A stretch of 64,000 nucleotides of DNA from Chrysemys picta bellii. Taxonomy: Eukaryota. The position numbers and the translations under genes are program-made. Below the pieces are notes generated by a model, which saw nothing but the letters and a program-made list of their open reading frames with translations, was not told the origin of the DNA and did not search any database. The DNA lies in NCBI RefSeq assembly GCF_011386835.1, contig NC_088792.1, positions 282,906,001 through 282,970,000 of the forward strand, written 5' to 3'. Positions 48,581-60,250 of the stretch are shown here, piece by piece (position 1 is the first letter of the stretch; every line of letters starts with the position of its first letter).

Positions 48581-50726
48581 TGAGTAATATAATTAATACA
48601 TAATCCATAGATCAGGCTACCGATTTGCTGCCCAAACAGGGACCCCAAGGGATGCACAGGGGCAACCTCCCTACCTAGGATCAGTAACTCACCTTTAGTA
48701 AAAATTCTAAATTGAAATCCAGCTAATCTCTCTGTCAGAAACACTGCAGCTTGCCAGGGACTTCCTATTTTCCCTCAGCTGTTGTTTCTCTTTTCTATTT
48801 CTTTGCCTCTAGTATATTCCTTCTACTTTCTTCTCTGCTTAACTTCACAACAGAGGGAGAGATATGCCCTCCTGGGAGGAATAGTAGACAGAGACTCAAG
48901 CTCACGGATACACACACACACACAGATCAAGCAAAGGAACGCTCGAGGTCTTGACTATCAGACTCACTTGGCATGCCTTGTGGGTGACCATGTGTCTCCC
49001 ACCATTAGGTTTCCATGGAAATTTTAACTGTATAAGGATTCCTCACTGCACTCTAAGGGTATCCTTGCTACGTATTAACGACTAGTCTTTGGGGTTTAGA
49101 ATCTTTATACACACATTAAGGGGCTTTGTAAGTTGAATTGTGTCGTAATATTGAGCTACCTGAAGTTGCAATTGCAGTTGCATCAGGGCCTGGTGACTCA
49201 TGCTTTGAGGTGGAGGGAGAGTTGATTTATGTTTTGTGCCATCAAAAAGGCCATGGTACTTCAGTCCCCTCCGCTCTCCCAGTCTGCACCCTGATCCATC
49301 TACCACCAGCTTGTTCCTTGCTGCTCGGTAGGTCCCAACTAGGTAATCACCTCTCAATCTGCTAAGAACACATTAGCCATCAATGGAAGAGAGAGGGAGG
49401 GGGATGCCCCTTCCCTCTGCTTTTTCTTGGGACTTGTTTAAGTAATTGTTGAAACTGGTTAAGGGGTTAATTATTTAAGGAGGGATGACGCTATATAAAG
49501 ATAGTATTAAGTGCTTACTGTGTAGATTTTGAATGAAGCTAGTTAGTAAAATGTAATTGAACTTATTTGGTGTAGAAGTTGAGGTGAGTGGTGTAGAGTT
49601 AGTCAAGATTTCTGGGAACCCAGCTGTGGTCGACCACAACACAGCATAAAAATATATTAAAGATCACGGAGGAGGTTTTGTATGAAGGTAACATAGCCAG
49701 GCTATTTTTAACCACCCGAATCTGTGGGGTTTGATCGTATGATCATATGTTTAATGTAATAGTCGGGGAAAGTACAAAAAAAGCTGTACTTGCACATATC
49801 ACAGACAACTAATGCTTGTCTGGAGGGAGAAATGAGAAACGAGACTGTCTAAGCACAGCTCTAAATAGAAGTCCAACTTCCACCAAAGCAGCGTGTTAAA
49901 ATCCAGAGGACTAAATTAAATAATAATATAAAGGAATGGTTGAATAAAAAGTATCAAAGGAACAAGGGAGAAAAACCCCCACTCACCAGAAAGTAACGAA
50001 AGCTCAGCCCTCCCCCCGCCATAGGTCTTAGAGACCCTGTAACTATGCATTTAGCCCATCTCCTGTAACCCTGTAAATCTCTGTGCCTTTAATTTGTAAT
50101 TTCTAAGACAACTGGAAACAAGAAGTCACTGAGGCTTTGACCAGTAGCTAACACGTTGCTGTAAAAAATGGAGAGGAAGTGCTTTTGGACATTTTCTGTC
50201 TAGGAGGACAAGGAGAAATAGGCAAAGCAAATTGCTTCTAACAGGAATCTGGCAGAATGATATTCAAATTAGGGACCCATAAAGCATCTAATTACAAGGT
50301 TCAGCATCGTTTTAGACAAGGCTATGTCTAATGTACATGTACAAGGTAAAGCAAACCCTGTTTACTATCCCTCTAACCTGTAAATGGTGTGGGAAGCAGT
50401 AGGAAAAGAAGCAAGGGTAAAACCCTTGGGTAAAATTCAAGCATTAAGTATTTATATTGTTTTGCTACTTGCATATTTGTATTAGTCAAATTGCAGCCAC
50501 AAAACTTATTGGGTTTAAATCAGTTGCTGTGCATTATTATTCCAAAAATAGATATCAAGTTAGTTGTGATTCTAGACGTACCCCACATAGTAAAGGAAGC
50601 CAGCAACGAATCATATTTCTTCTTTACACAAAAAATATCGAAGCCTCTAACAAGCAAAATGTAGCAGCCTTTGCTACCCACAACATGTATCATAGTTATT
50701 GTTATAGGTTTTAATTCATCAAAATA

Positions 50727-51544
50727 CAGGAAAAGCTGTGTTATCTGGCCCTGTACCAGCCAGAAAGCTCTATAAACCAGCATTTCTAATCTTCATGGAA
50801 AGTCCATTTTATAGTCCGGTTGGCGCGGGGCCGACAGGCTCCCTACCTGGCTTTGCATCGCTCCCTAGAAGCAGCGAAGTGTCCCTGCTGCTGCTAAGTA
50901 GAGGAACGGCCATGAGGGGTTCGGACTGCGGGAGAAGGTGCCGGGCTGGGGTTTGGGGCATGGGAGGGGGTGCGGGCTCTGGGAGGGAGTTGGGGCGTGG
51001 GGGTAGTTTTAGGGCGCCAGATCTGGGGGGGCGCTCACCTCAGGTGCCTCCCCGCAAGTGGTGACCTGTCCCGGTTACTCCTAGGCTCTGAGCGCTGCCT
51101 CTGCCCGCAGTTCCCGGCCAATTGGAGCTGTGGAGCCAGTGCTTGGGGCGGGGCAGGGTGGGGTGGGGGCAGCACGCAGAGCCATCTGACCCGCTTCTGC
51201 CTAGGAGCAGCAAGGACAGGTAGCCTCTTGCGGAGAGCCACCCAAGATGAGTGCCCCGCAGATCCGGCACCCCGCAGCCCCTCCTGTGCCCCAACACCCT
51301 GCCCTGAACTCCTCCCACACCCACACTCCCTCCCAGAGCCCACACCCCCTCCCGCGCCCCAACTCCTAGCCCCGAGCCCTCTTCTGCACCCAAACTCCCT
51401 CCCAGAGCCCACGCCTTGCACCCCAACCACCAGCTCCATGCCCTTTCCTGCACCCAAACTCCCTCCCTCTTAGTTAACCAGCATTTTTCACTTACCAGCA
51501 TCTCCCTTTCCCCCAACATGCTGGATAAAAAAAAGCTTTTACTG
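50727..51544. mobile_element. Tc1/mariner (Tigger-like) non-autonomous element with a GC-rich tandem core
   Basis: TIR cag(g/t)aaaagct..ttatc at both ends, flanked by TA (50725-50726 / 51545-51546). Confidence 0.85.
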
Positions 51545-52016
51545 TAAAATGTTCAATTTATCTCTTGTAATTTTCCCATTATATTTCCAGATAAATAAAG
51601 CACGTGTTAATATTTTTCTCTTACCCACTTGTGTTTTAATCTAGGGTCTAAAGACTCAAGTGAAATGCCTTTGGCTCCTAACTAAATCATTAAACTTCTT
51701 TTATAGGCAAACCAAGGGGTATACCCAAGAAAAGTAATGATTTCAACCCTTAGGTTTCCTGGACCTGCTCTAAACATTTAATCCACTGGTGGTATGGTTT
51801 GTTGGTATGTTGGAATTATTTGTTTGTTTGCTAGATTGATGTTTTGTGTCACATCACTAGATTATGATTTTTCATACTTTTGGGGAGTTTTTGTTGCAAC
51901 AGCAATAGTTTTGCGCACAAAGGGGTGAATAGTAAAAATATTAATAGTAAAACATTTTTCTTTGTGGTACTACACTATTCCAATATTATAATTCGGGATT
52001 AACCCATGGGATTAGG

Positions 52017-54563
52017 ATTGTCAACATATATAAACTGCCAACTGTGCACTGGGCCCAGTAGGGCTTCCCAACGCTTGATAATGATCCAACCAGCAGACCA
52101 AATTCCGTGATGAATCCTGGCCACGTACCACTCAAGACACGTTGCACATATGCTAAGAACATCGTCCAGCAAACTTCACTGGAGATTTCAACCATTATCA
52201 CTCTGAGTGGGGATACACTGATTCGGATGTAAAAGTAAGGGTTTGATGGACTCGGTGGTTAACAACGACTTTGTGTTAATTCATGAGGAGGGAGGGATAG
52301 CTCAGCAATTTGAGCATTGGCCTGCTAAACCCAGTGTTATGAGTTCAATCCTTGAGGGGGCCACTTAGGGATCTGGAGCAAAATCAGTACTTGGTCCTTC
52401 TAGTGAAGGCAGGGTGCTAGACTCAATGACCTTTCGGGGGCCCTTCCAGTTCTAGGAGATAGGATAGGATATCTCCATGATGCAAAACAATGTGGCACAT
52501 TTCTCTTAGCCAGATGGTCAAAAGTACTCACCTGCTCTTTGTTGGGTCAGTTTGCTAGATAGCCATCCACAACCAATAAATCATAAAGTACTCAATAGCT
52601 TCCCTCACAGCCAACATAGACCATTACTCATCCACATCAGGCTCCAGCTACCCATCATTCAAAGTTCAATCAAGCCTCAGTGGAATTTTCGTAAAACAGG
52701 TTGAGAAAAGTTCTGCAACACACTGGAATGTAGGGTGGCTATCATTCCATCACGTTGTATCCCAATCAATGAACCTACCGCCGATTCCAAGGAGCCATTT
52801 ACAAAGCTGCATGTTCAGCTATACCATGGGGCTGTTGACCAATTTATACTCCCTGCCAAGTGCCGATTACCAAGCCTTGCTCAGGAAATTTGAATGAACT
52901 GGTGACCCAGACGTTGCAGACCATCTAATTGAGGGTCTGGATACTGCTAGGCTCACTCAGTAGAAGGAATCTGTGGTGAAGCTTGACTTCACTTATTCCA
53001 GCTGGAAGTGCTGGAACCTGATCCACTGGCTGGTGGCTGCTCAATGACTTCCAGGCCAAAATCACCCACTGGTTAAGCCCAGTGAGGTTGCAAGACATCT
53101 AATGTGGGTAGCAAAGGTTCCGCTAGAGAAGTAATTTAAATGCAAAGTATATGACAAATGGTGTTAACTTCAACATGAGAATGTGGGCAGGAGTCAACCA
53201 GAGCTACTCTGGGTCAATGAACTAGATAAGGCCCTTAACTCCATCAAACCAGGCCCAGCAGCGGGGTGTGATAACATCTCTCCAGAATTCACTAAGCACC
53301 CTGGACCAAAGGCATCAGAGTGGCTCACTAATTTCAATATACAGGTCATTAATGAGAAGAAGCTACTGCGTACTTGGCATCAAGCAAAGATTATTGCCAT
53401 TCTCAAGCCAGGCAAGGACCCCCACAATGTGGCGATTTACTGCCCAATATCCTTGCTGTCAGTGTGTTTCAACGTGTTTGAGCGCTTGATCCTCCAACGA
53501 ATCACTCTGACGTTGAATGACATCTTGCAGGTTGACCACACAGGGTTCAGGAAAGGACATAGGCACCTGTGATCAAGCCTTGGCCTTAACCACCTTTATT
53601 GAAAATGGTTTTCAACAAAATCTAAAGAAAGGACTGCCTGGATGTGACCATCGCTAATGACATTGTTTGGCACAAGGCCTTCTGGGGAAACTCTCTCGAG
53701 TTGCCCTACATTGGGTGGCCGAAGTAGTAGAGCTCTTCCTCCAAAATAAGCGGTTCAGAGTACACATAGGTGATCACTGCAGTTCCTGGAAGTGTCAGAT
53801 TAATGGTCTTCCTCAAGGTTCAGTGCTTTCACCAATATTGTTCAATGTGTACATCAATGACTTGCCAGCAACAGTCTTGCACATGACATCTGCTGCAGTT
53901 ATCAAGCTCAGTCCTTCTCAGAAATTAACAAGGTCCTGAATGGTGATCTGAAGCTCATGCCAGACTGCCGTAGTCTATGGCACCTGCAGTTGAGCTTTTC
54001 CAAGACAGTTTCTAGCATATTTCATTTGCATAATGCAAGCACAAGCCACTAATTAAATATTTTCTTAAATGCCCCATATTTGCCGTGAGGGAGCCTCCAT
54101 CAAGTTCCTGGCCAAGTTCCGTGAGAACAGTGACTTTCCTCTGTACTCAAACTTCTTCATCCACCCAACACAGTTGTCTTCTATACGCCCTTTATGGTTA
54201 CTTATGCCACCACAGTACATGAGCCTGGAATCTGCTTGGCGTAATGAGTAGTCAGCGATGGCAGTCGTTAATCACTCTCTCATCACTGACCCAACCATCT
54301 GCCCATCAGGTTTTGACCTGTCAAGGCACCTGTGGCCATCCCTGAACTAGTTTGTAACAGGACAGGGCAATTGTGCGCCCAATCCCTTCAAATGACCTGC
54401 ATTGTAGACGCAGTCAACTTCAGACTATGTTGCATATTCTGGACAAGTGCCCGCTAACTTACTTTGATGCCAGGCTACCAGCTCTTCACCTGGTTGATGA
54501 CGATGCTATCACATGGCTGGACACACTGCGCATACGCTGAAGAAGAAGAAGTAGAAGAAGAAG
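52017..54563 (+). mobile_element. Decayed Vingi/Ingi-like non-LTR retrotransposon (APE + RT + C-terminus, (GAA)n tail)
   Basis: APE motifs IVNIYK and GDFNHYHSEWGY. RT motifs IIAILKPGKDP..YCPISLLSVCFNVFERLILQRI, GFRKG..CDQALALTTFIENGFQQNLK and NGLPQGSVLSPILFNVYINDLP. The C-terminus QTMLHILDKCP..LH..AITWL* is followed by gaagaagaag. LINE status is secure; the clade call is from recalled motifs. Confidence 0.8.
52287..52475 (+). mobile_element. Tortoise Pol III SINE inserted in the Vingi-like endonuclease
   Basis: tRNA-Lys-like head and gttctaggagataggataggatatctcc tail, with catga on both sides. Confidence 0.95.
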
Positions 54564-55909
54564 CAAAACACCCTGAAAGTTCAGACAGGTTTTAGGGTCT
54601 AATCCAATACCCACTGAAATCAATAGAAAGGCTCTTATTGATTCTAATGGGATTTGGAGCAGGTTTATTAACCCTCATGCTTCAGGGCATAAGCTAACCT
54701 CTAACTCAGCGGGTAAAGTAGAAACTTTTCTTAGGGCAGGTTGTCCCATAACTGCCTACCGCAGGGCTTCTTCCACCTTCCTCTGAGGCAGCTGGTACTA
54801 GTCATTGCTGGAGAAAAGATCCCACTGGTCTGATCAAAACTAGCAGTTCCTAGGTCCTTATGATTGCAATAGTTATTTTATATGTATAAAATATTAATGA
54901 TTATTAAAGCATATTCATTGACTTTTAATAACTATATAATCGGATGTGCGCCTTACATAGTTTATAAAGCTCATTAATTTTTGTATGTAATTGAGATGTG
55001 AAAAGTGCCTTATCGACCCTACATTAAATATTTATTTGAGACACTTGATTTAAAATGTGCTGTGTATATGTTTTGAGTGGATTCTAGGCTTAGGTTGAAT
55101 ACATGGGTTTTGCACTATAGTTCCACAGTACAATACAACTCAGTGAAACTCAAATCTCTCACCCATAGCATAGGAGGTGTTTACAGCCAACTGTAGATAT
55201 CTCCAGAGATGAAAGCAAAGGTTGGCACTCTAATTAGCCAGTCAAATCTGCCTAGGTTCCCAGCACATCCTTGTAACAACTGCTGTTGCCCCTCACAGAT
55301 AAAAACATGTCTCTCTGTATCCTTCTCTCATCAGTTCAGGCTGTCACAACTCTTTACCACAACGCTGTGTTTGGCTCTTACCTTGCAAGTGTTCTACCAG
55401 CTTTCTTTTTTTCTTCTTCCATATTTATGTCAAGGACTCCAAAATCCATCTCTGCCGGTGTCAGTCGTTATCTCACAGGGGTGCCTCCTTGTCACATCAT
55501 TAGGGATGCGCTGGCTAGGGAAGAAAAATTGTCTGGCGTTTTTCAACAACGTCAGCACAGCTTGAGTGCAGAACACTCCGTGTGGCACTTGAGCACCGCG
55601 TAGGGCGCACTGCCTGCCTTTCGCACCCATGCTTCACAGCCCATGAGTTTTCTGTTTCGGAGCCTGTAATGCAGAAGTGATTGTGAGCAGGGGGAAAATT
55701 AATTGTGGATGCAGAAAAAAAAATAACAACTGTGTTTATTGAGAAGGATTAATTCAACGACATGAACCAGCGAAGGAGAAAGGTTCTGGCTGGTTCCAGA
55801 GCTCTGTCCAGGGTGGTGTAGAGAGGCCAGACCCATTTCAGCAGTGGGTAGGTATAAATAGTTTATAAAAACCCAAGGAAGAATTTCCCCAGCACAGGTA
55901 CTGTGTTGA

Positions 55910-56104
55910 TGTAATGCTGACAGACCCCAGTCAGCAGCACCTGGGATCAAACTTGGGACTTTTGGAGCTTAATGCATGAACCTCTACTGCCTGAGCTAAA
56001 AGACAGCTCCCTCTTAGCCAAGCTGTAGGTGGCTCCTCAAGCTCTAGGTAGTTTAGTTGCCACTAGGGGGTGATAGAGTGCCACACTAAGCAGCATGGGT
56101 TACA
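55910..56104 (-). mobile_element. ~200-bp TGTAA..TTACA element with an internal tRNA-like segment (copy 3, best preserved)
   Basis: Termini tgtaa / ttaca. The reverse strand has tagctcaggcagtagag..catgc..gtcccaagtttgatccc and a terminal hairpin gctgac..gtcagc. Confidence 0.75.
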
Positions 56105-56409
56105 CTGGGGTCACAATAGGGGTATGCTGAGGAAAGAGCCCGGGGCCATAGAGCACATTGTTACCGCCACTCTGGCTAGTGCCCCAGACCATGCAGAGGC
56201 TGTGGTAACTTCGAGAAGAGCCAGGGTCGCCTAACTTATACTGGGAGTTGCTGCAGCAAGTGAGACAGCACAAAAATGGCTTTTGCCTGCCCTGGGAGCT
56301 GTCGTTTCCATCTTTCATACTGAGCCTCCTAGGGATACGGCACAGAATCTGACCCATGGCCGCATCGGAATACAGCACTCTGATTGGTCACAACCCCAGG
56401 CTTTGAGTG

Positions 56410-56576
56410 ACCCTACAGAGCCGACTAGCAGAAGCTGGGACTGGATGACAGGGGATGGATCCCTCAGAATTGCCCTGTTCTGTTCATTCCCGCTGAAGCA
56501 TCGGGCACTGGCCACTGCTGGAAGACAGGATACCAGGCTAGAGGGACCCAGTATGGCCAATCCTATGTCCTTATGT
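56410..56576 (+). mobile_element. CR1 3' UTR/tail fragment
   Basis: ggccactgctggaagacaggataccaggctagag..cccagtatggccaatcctatgtccttatgtt, the same subfamily as 30035-30304. Confidence 0.7.
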
Positions 56577-56974
56577 TTATAGCCTGAGCCCATGTCACTG
56601 TTGCGTTGCAGCTTCTGGGAGCTGGTTAACCTTTAAGTGGGTGTCAAAGAGAGTGACTATGTGCGGTGCCTCCTGCAGGCTGCAGGTTTCCAAGCTGGCA
56701 CCAAATAGGCAAGCATGGAGGGGACGAGATGAGGAAGGGGCTAAAGGATCCATATTTATGCTGCTCCAGCAGCTCCAAACTCTCACGTCAAGGGCAGCAA
56801 TTACTTTTCCAACCCATATACTAGAGCAGCAGCTGCATGCTTTGGGAGCATGAATTCAATGCCCACTTAGTTCCCCACATGATGCCCATTTACTTGGCCT
56901 TTGCGACGAGCAGGGGTGAATTTCCCCCTAAAAATGTGTTGGCAGGCACAGATTCCACATAGCTGGCAGGGTCA

Positions 56975-58365
56975 CAGAATCATAGAAGTGTGGGACTGGA
57001 CGGGACTTTGAAAGGTCATCTAATCCAGTCCCCTGCTCTCCCAGCAGGACTATGTAATAAACAGACCATCCCTGACAGGTGTTTGTCTAACCTGCTCTTA
57101 AAAACCTCCAGTGACGGAGATTCCACAGCCTCCCTTGGCAATTTGTTCCAGCATTTAACTACCCTGACGGTTAGGAAGTTTTTCCTAATGGCCAACTTAA
57201 ACCTCCTTTGCTGCAATTTAAGCCCATTGCTTCTTGTCCTAGCCTCAGAAGTTAAGAAGAACAATTTTTCTCCCTCATCCTTGTAGCATCCTTTCACACA
57301 CTAGAAAACTGTTATCATATCCCCCCTCAGTCTTCTCTTCTCCAGACTAAACAAACCCAATTTTTTCAATCTTCCCTGATAGGTCATGCTTTCTAGACCT
57401 TGAATCATTTTTGTTGCTCTTCTCTGGACTTTCTCCAATTTGTCCACATCTTTCCTGAAATTGGGCGCCCAGAACTGGAGACAATACTCCAGTTGAGGCC
57501 TAATCAGCGTGGAGTAGAGTGGAAGAATTACTTCTCGTGTCTTGCTTACAACACTCCTGCTAATACATCCCAGAATGATATTTGCTTTTTTGGCAACAGT
57601 GTTACACTGTTAACTCATATTTAGCTTGCAATCCACTATGACCCCCAGATCCCTTTCTGCAGTACTCGGGTGAAAGTACCGGTATGCAGGGCAGCCGGGC
57701 TCCTGGGTAAGGTGGGGGGGGTGGCTCTGGGCCCCCAGAAGGGGTGAGGCCTCGGGCAGATGAGGCTGGGCTGGGGCCAGACTCCCCCCAGCCAGCCCTT
57801 CAGCACTGCCTGGCCCACGCCGCCCGGGGCTCCGGCAGCGATTTAAAGAGTTTGGGTCCAGTCGCTGTCAGGAGCCCCAGGGCCTTTTAAATCGCTGGGC
57901 CCTGGGGCAGCTGCCCCTTTTGCCCTCCCTGCCCCCTGTCAGTGGCCCTGCCGGTACAGTGCTTAAAGCGCTGCCGTGGCAACGCTTTAACATTGGCTGT
58001 GTACCGGCCCGTACCGAAGGCCACTTTCTTACCAGTACGCCATACCAGCCCGTACCAGCTTACTTTCACCTCTGGCAGTACTCCCTAGGCAGTCATTTCC
58101 CATTTTGTATGTGTGCAACTGATTGTTCCTTCCTAAGTGGAGTACTTTGCATTTGTCCTTATTGAATTTCATCCTGTTTACTTCAGACCATTTCTCCACT
58201 TTGTCCAGATCATTTTGAATTTTAATCTTATCCTCCAAAGCACTTGCAACCCCTCCCAGCTTGGTATTGTCCACAAACTCTGTAAGTATATTCTCTATGT
58301 CATTATCTAAATCATTGATGAAGATATTGAACAGAACCAGACCCAAGATCGATCCCTGCGGGACC
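56975..58365 (-). mobile_element. CR1 RT-to-3' end fragment interrupted by a hAT MITE
   Basis: [66 protein letters not shown] and the tail ttctatgattctgtg on the minus strand. Confidence 0.95.
57667..58074. mobile_element. hAT MITE
   Basis: TIR (c)gggtgaaagta / tactttcacctctg and perfect 8-bp TSD gcagtact (57659-57666 / 58075-58082). Confidence 0.92.
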
Positions 58366-58439
58366 AGCTGCTCCTCCTTCTCAGGTAGATGCACAGAGAC
58401 CAGGCAGTTTGCGCTGTGTGTGCATTTGTGTGTGTGTTT

Positions 58440-58586
58440 GCTAAACCCAGGGTTGTGAGCTCAATCCTTTAGGGGCCGTTTAGGAATCTGGGGCAAAAAT
58501 CTGTCTGGGGATTAGTCCTGCTTTGAGCAGGTGGGTTGGACTAGATGACTTCCTGAGGTCCCTTCCAATCCTGATATTCTATGATT
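58440..58586 (+). mobile_element. 5'-truncated tortoise SINE (CR1-tail subtype)
   Basis: gctaaacccagggttgtgagctcaatcc..ggactagatgacttcctgaggtcccttcc..attctatgatt. Confidence 0.9.
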
Positions 58587-60004
58587 TGTGTGGACAAAGT
58601 GATACAGGGACAGATTCATTCCCAATGCCCTACAGGTTATCCAATGAGCAATTTGTTCTCTAGTTGAAATGTGTGTCTCTTCTTATTTAATATTTATGTT
58701 ACAGTAGCACCAACCAAAATCAACACCCCATTGTGGTAGTTACGTGTTTGCAGGACACACACATAGTGAGGAAACATTCCTTGCCCCCGAAAGCTTACAA
58801 TGTAAATATGGGGCAATATGATGTACCCCAGCACCAGTAGCAGAGTAGAATATAGACCCGTCTCCATACTCCCACACTGATTCCCAATCCTCTGGAGCAC
58901 AGACTCTCCCTCTATGTCTTTCTTTTTTTCTTTCACACTTATCCCAGTGTTATCTGATCACCACTTCGGTGGCCTCAGTCCAATCCCTAATGGACTAATG
59001 TCTGTATTATGATCACAGTTGGCACTAATTGGTACTCTTAATAGCCTCCGCTGTGAGCTCTACGACTCCTTGTGCTGCTTTCTCACCTCCTGGTACCAGC
59101 GCCAGCGGAGATCCTGCGGAGTCAAGGCACAGCTGCTGGTGTCCTCTACCTGTTGTGTGGGTAACTAAAGACTTCAGTCTCCAGAGATGACAAGCCAATA
59201 TCTTTCCCAGACACTGAATCACTTTGAAATAAAGAATAAGGAACTGTACAGCAGATACCTGGGAGACATTTTGCATTTTCAGTATCAGACCTGATATTCC
59301 ATTGAGGCTTTTCTTAGAAGCCTTTTGTCTGTATCTGCCAGCACAAATCAACATTGTTTTTATTAGAGGGATGATTGCTTGAACTGCTGCCAGAAGTTGT
59401 TTGGGTTATTTGGGGGTTTAGCAAGAGACATGCGCAATAATCTCTCTCTGGGTGTGTGGACTGGCTACTTTGTTTGCTTCCGATTCTCCACAGCTGCTCA
59501 GTTCCTTCTCTCGGCCCTGTCAATTTTGTTTAAAAAAAATAAACAAAAAGAAAAAGAAATCCTTGCCCCAGACAGCAGGTTCCAGCTATAATCACATCCT
59601 CCCAGACCAGGGTTGCCATCAAGCTTTGGAGACGACCCTTTTTGAATTATTCAGAGCAATTTGTACTGTAATCATAAGCCTGTCAATACAGCACTTCATG
59701 ATTTTAATTCAAAAGGGCTTCGCTGCTATGCCCTGGAGCTGCTCTCCTCAGAGTTGGAGATAGTCCCTTTGAAATGCTCCACTCTTCTGTGCTGCGTGGT
59801 GTGAACAAGGAGACGCTGCGCCGCTTGTTGTTTCATGGAAGAGATCAATAGCTTAGAGCTAGTATCAGGGACCAAGGCATGCGTCAAACTGCACTGTTTA
59901 GATATGCCATCAAAAGTTGGGATGCTCGCCCCTGTTGTTGTGGAAATGCTAATGGAAAGGAGCTGGCTTTGCAATCATGGAGCCTGGAATGTAGCATGCT
60001 CCCA

Positions 60005-60250
60005 TAGTTAGGGCACTGGATGGGGCCCAAAGAAGCTACAGTTCTAGTTCAGGGTCTGCCACTGACCTGCTGTGTGATCTTGGGCAAGTCCCTTCACCTT
60101 TCTTTCCCCTCCCACTCTATCAAGTCTGAAAGCTCTTCTGGACAGGGATTATCTGTCTCTATGTGTTTGTACAGCACCTAGCACAGTGGGGCAGCCAGTC
60201 TCAGCTGGGACCTCTAGGCACAAACAGTACTGCAGATAATTACTAATAAT
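60005..60250 (+). mobile_element. MIR/CORE SINE followed by an L2-type tail
   Basis: ctgtgtgatcttgggcaagtcccttcacct, then gaaagctcttctggacaggg..gtttgtacagcacctagcacagtgggg. Confidence 0.65.

Noticed and set aside
48600-50450. Possible ERV leader or endogenous viral element
   Set aside because: My partial translations gave stops and no viral motifs. The splice-donor-like gtgagt alone is insufficient.
50970-51519. 140-167-aa ORFs on both strands
   Set aside because: They come from the GC-rich tandem core of the TA-flanked non-autonomous element.
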